Shown here piece by piece: positions 19,248-20,000 of a stretch of 20,000 nt of DNA. Within the stretch, counting starts at the first letter, position 1, and each line of letters starts with the position of its first letter. The stretch lies in the sequence record DRR723986_4928. One strand, written 5' to 3'. The position numbers and the translations under genes were made by a program. The notes beneath the pieces were generated by a model. The model was not told the DNA's origin. It saw only the letters and a program-made list of their open reading frames with translations, and did not search any database.

Positions 19248-20000
<753 letters not shown>

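Overview
A GC-rich alphaproteobacterial core-genome window; Hyphomonadaceae/Caulobacterales-like is an inference from gene order and protein style. Gene order: 3' end of an SDR oxidoreductase (+), then pyrG-secG-tpiA (-), divergent ppiD-trpE-trpG-trpD-trpC-lexA (+), a short degraded comEC remnant (-), gltX-gltA with terminator (+), then purQ, a TPR-sulfotransferase, a type-2 adenine deaminase, a TonB-dependent receptor with terminator, and the 5' part of purL (all +). I found no rRNA, tRNA, CRISPR array or mobile element. The most notable items are: (1) a three-gene cassette (TPR-sulfotransferase, adenine deaminase, TonB-dependent receptor) between purQ and purL, with a 26-bp inverted repeat upstream of the receptor, which is a candidate purine-scavenging module; (2) a comEC gene collapsed to about 420 bp by an internal deletion plus a homopolymer frameshift, which still keeps its C-terminal RPW motif and a stop overlapping that of lexA; (3) tandem SOS half-sites at lexA; (4) altered PRPP-binding loops in TrpD; (5) probable leaderless promoters for purQ and purL. 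All family assignments come from recognising motifs by eye, not from database searches.
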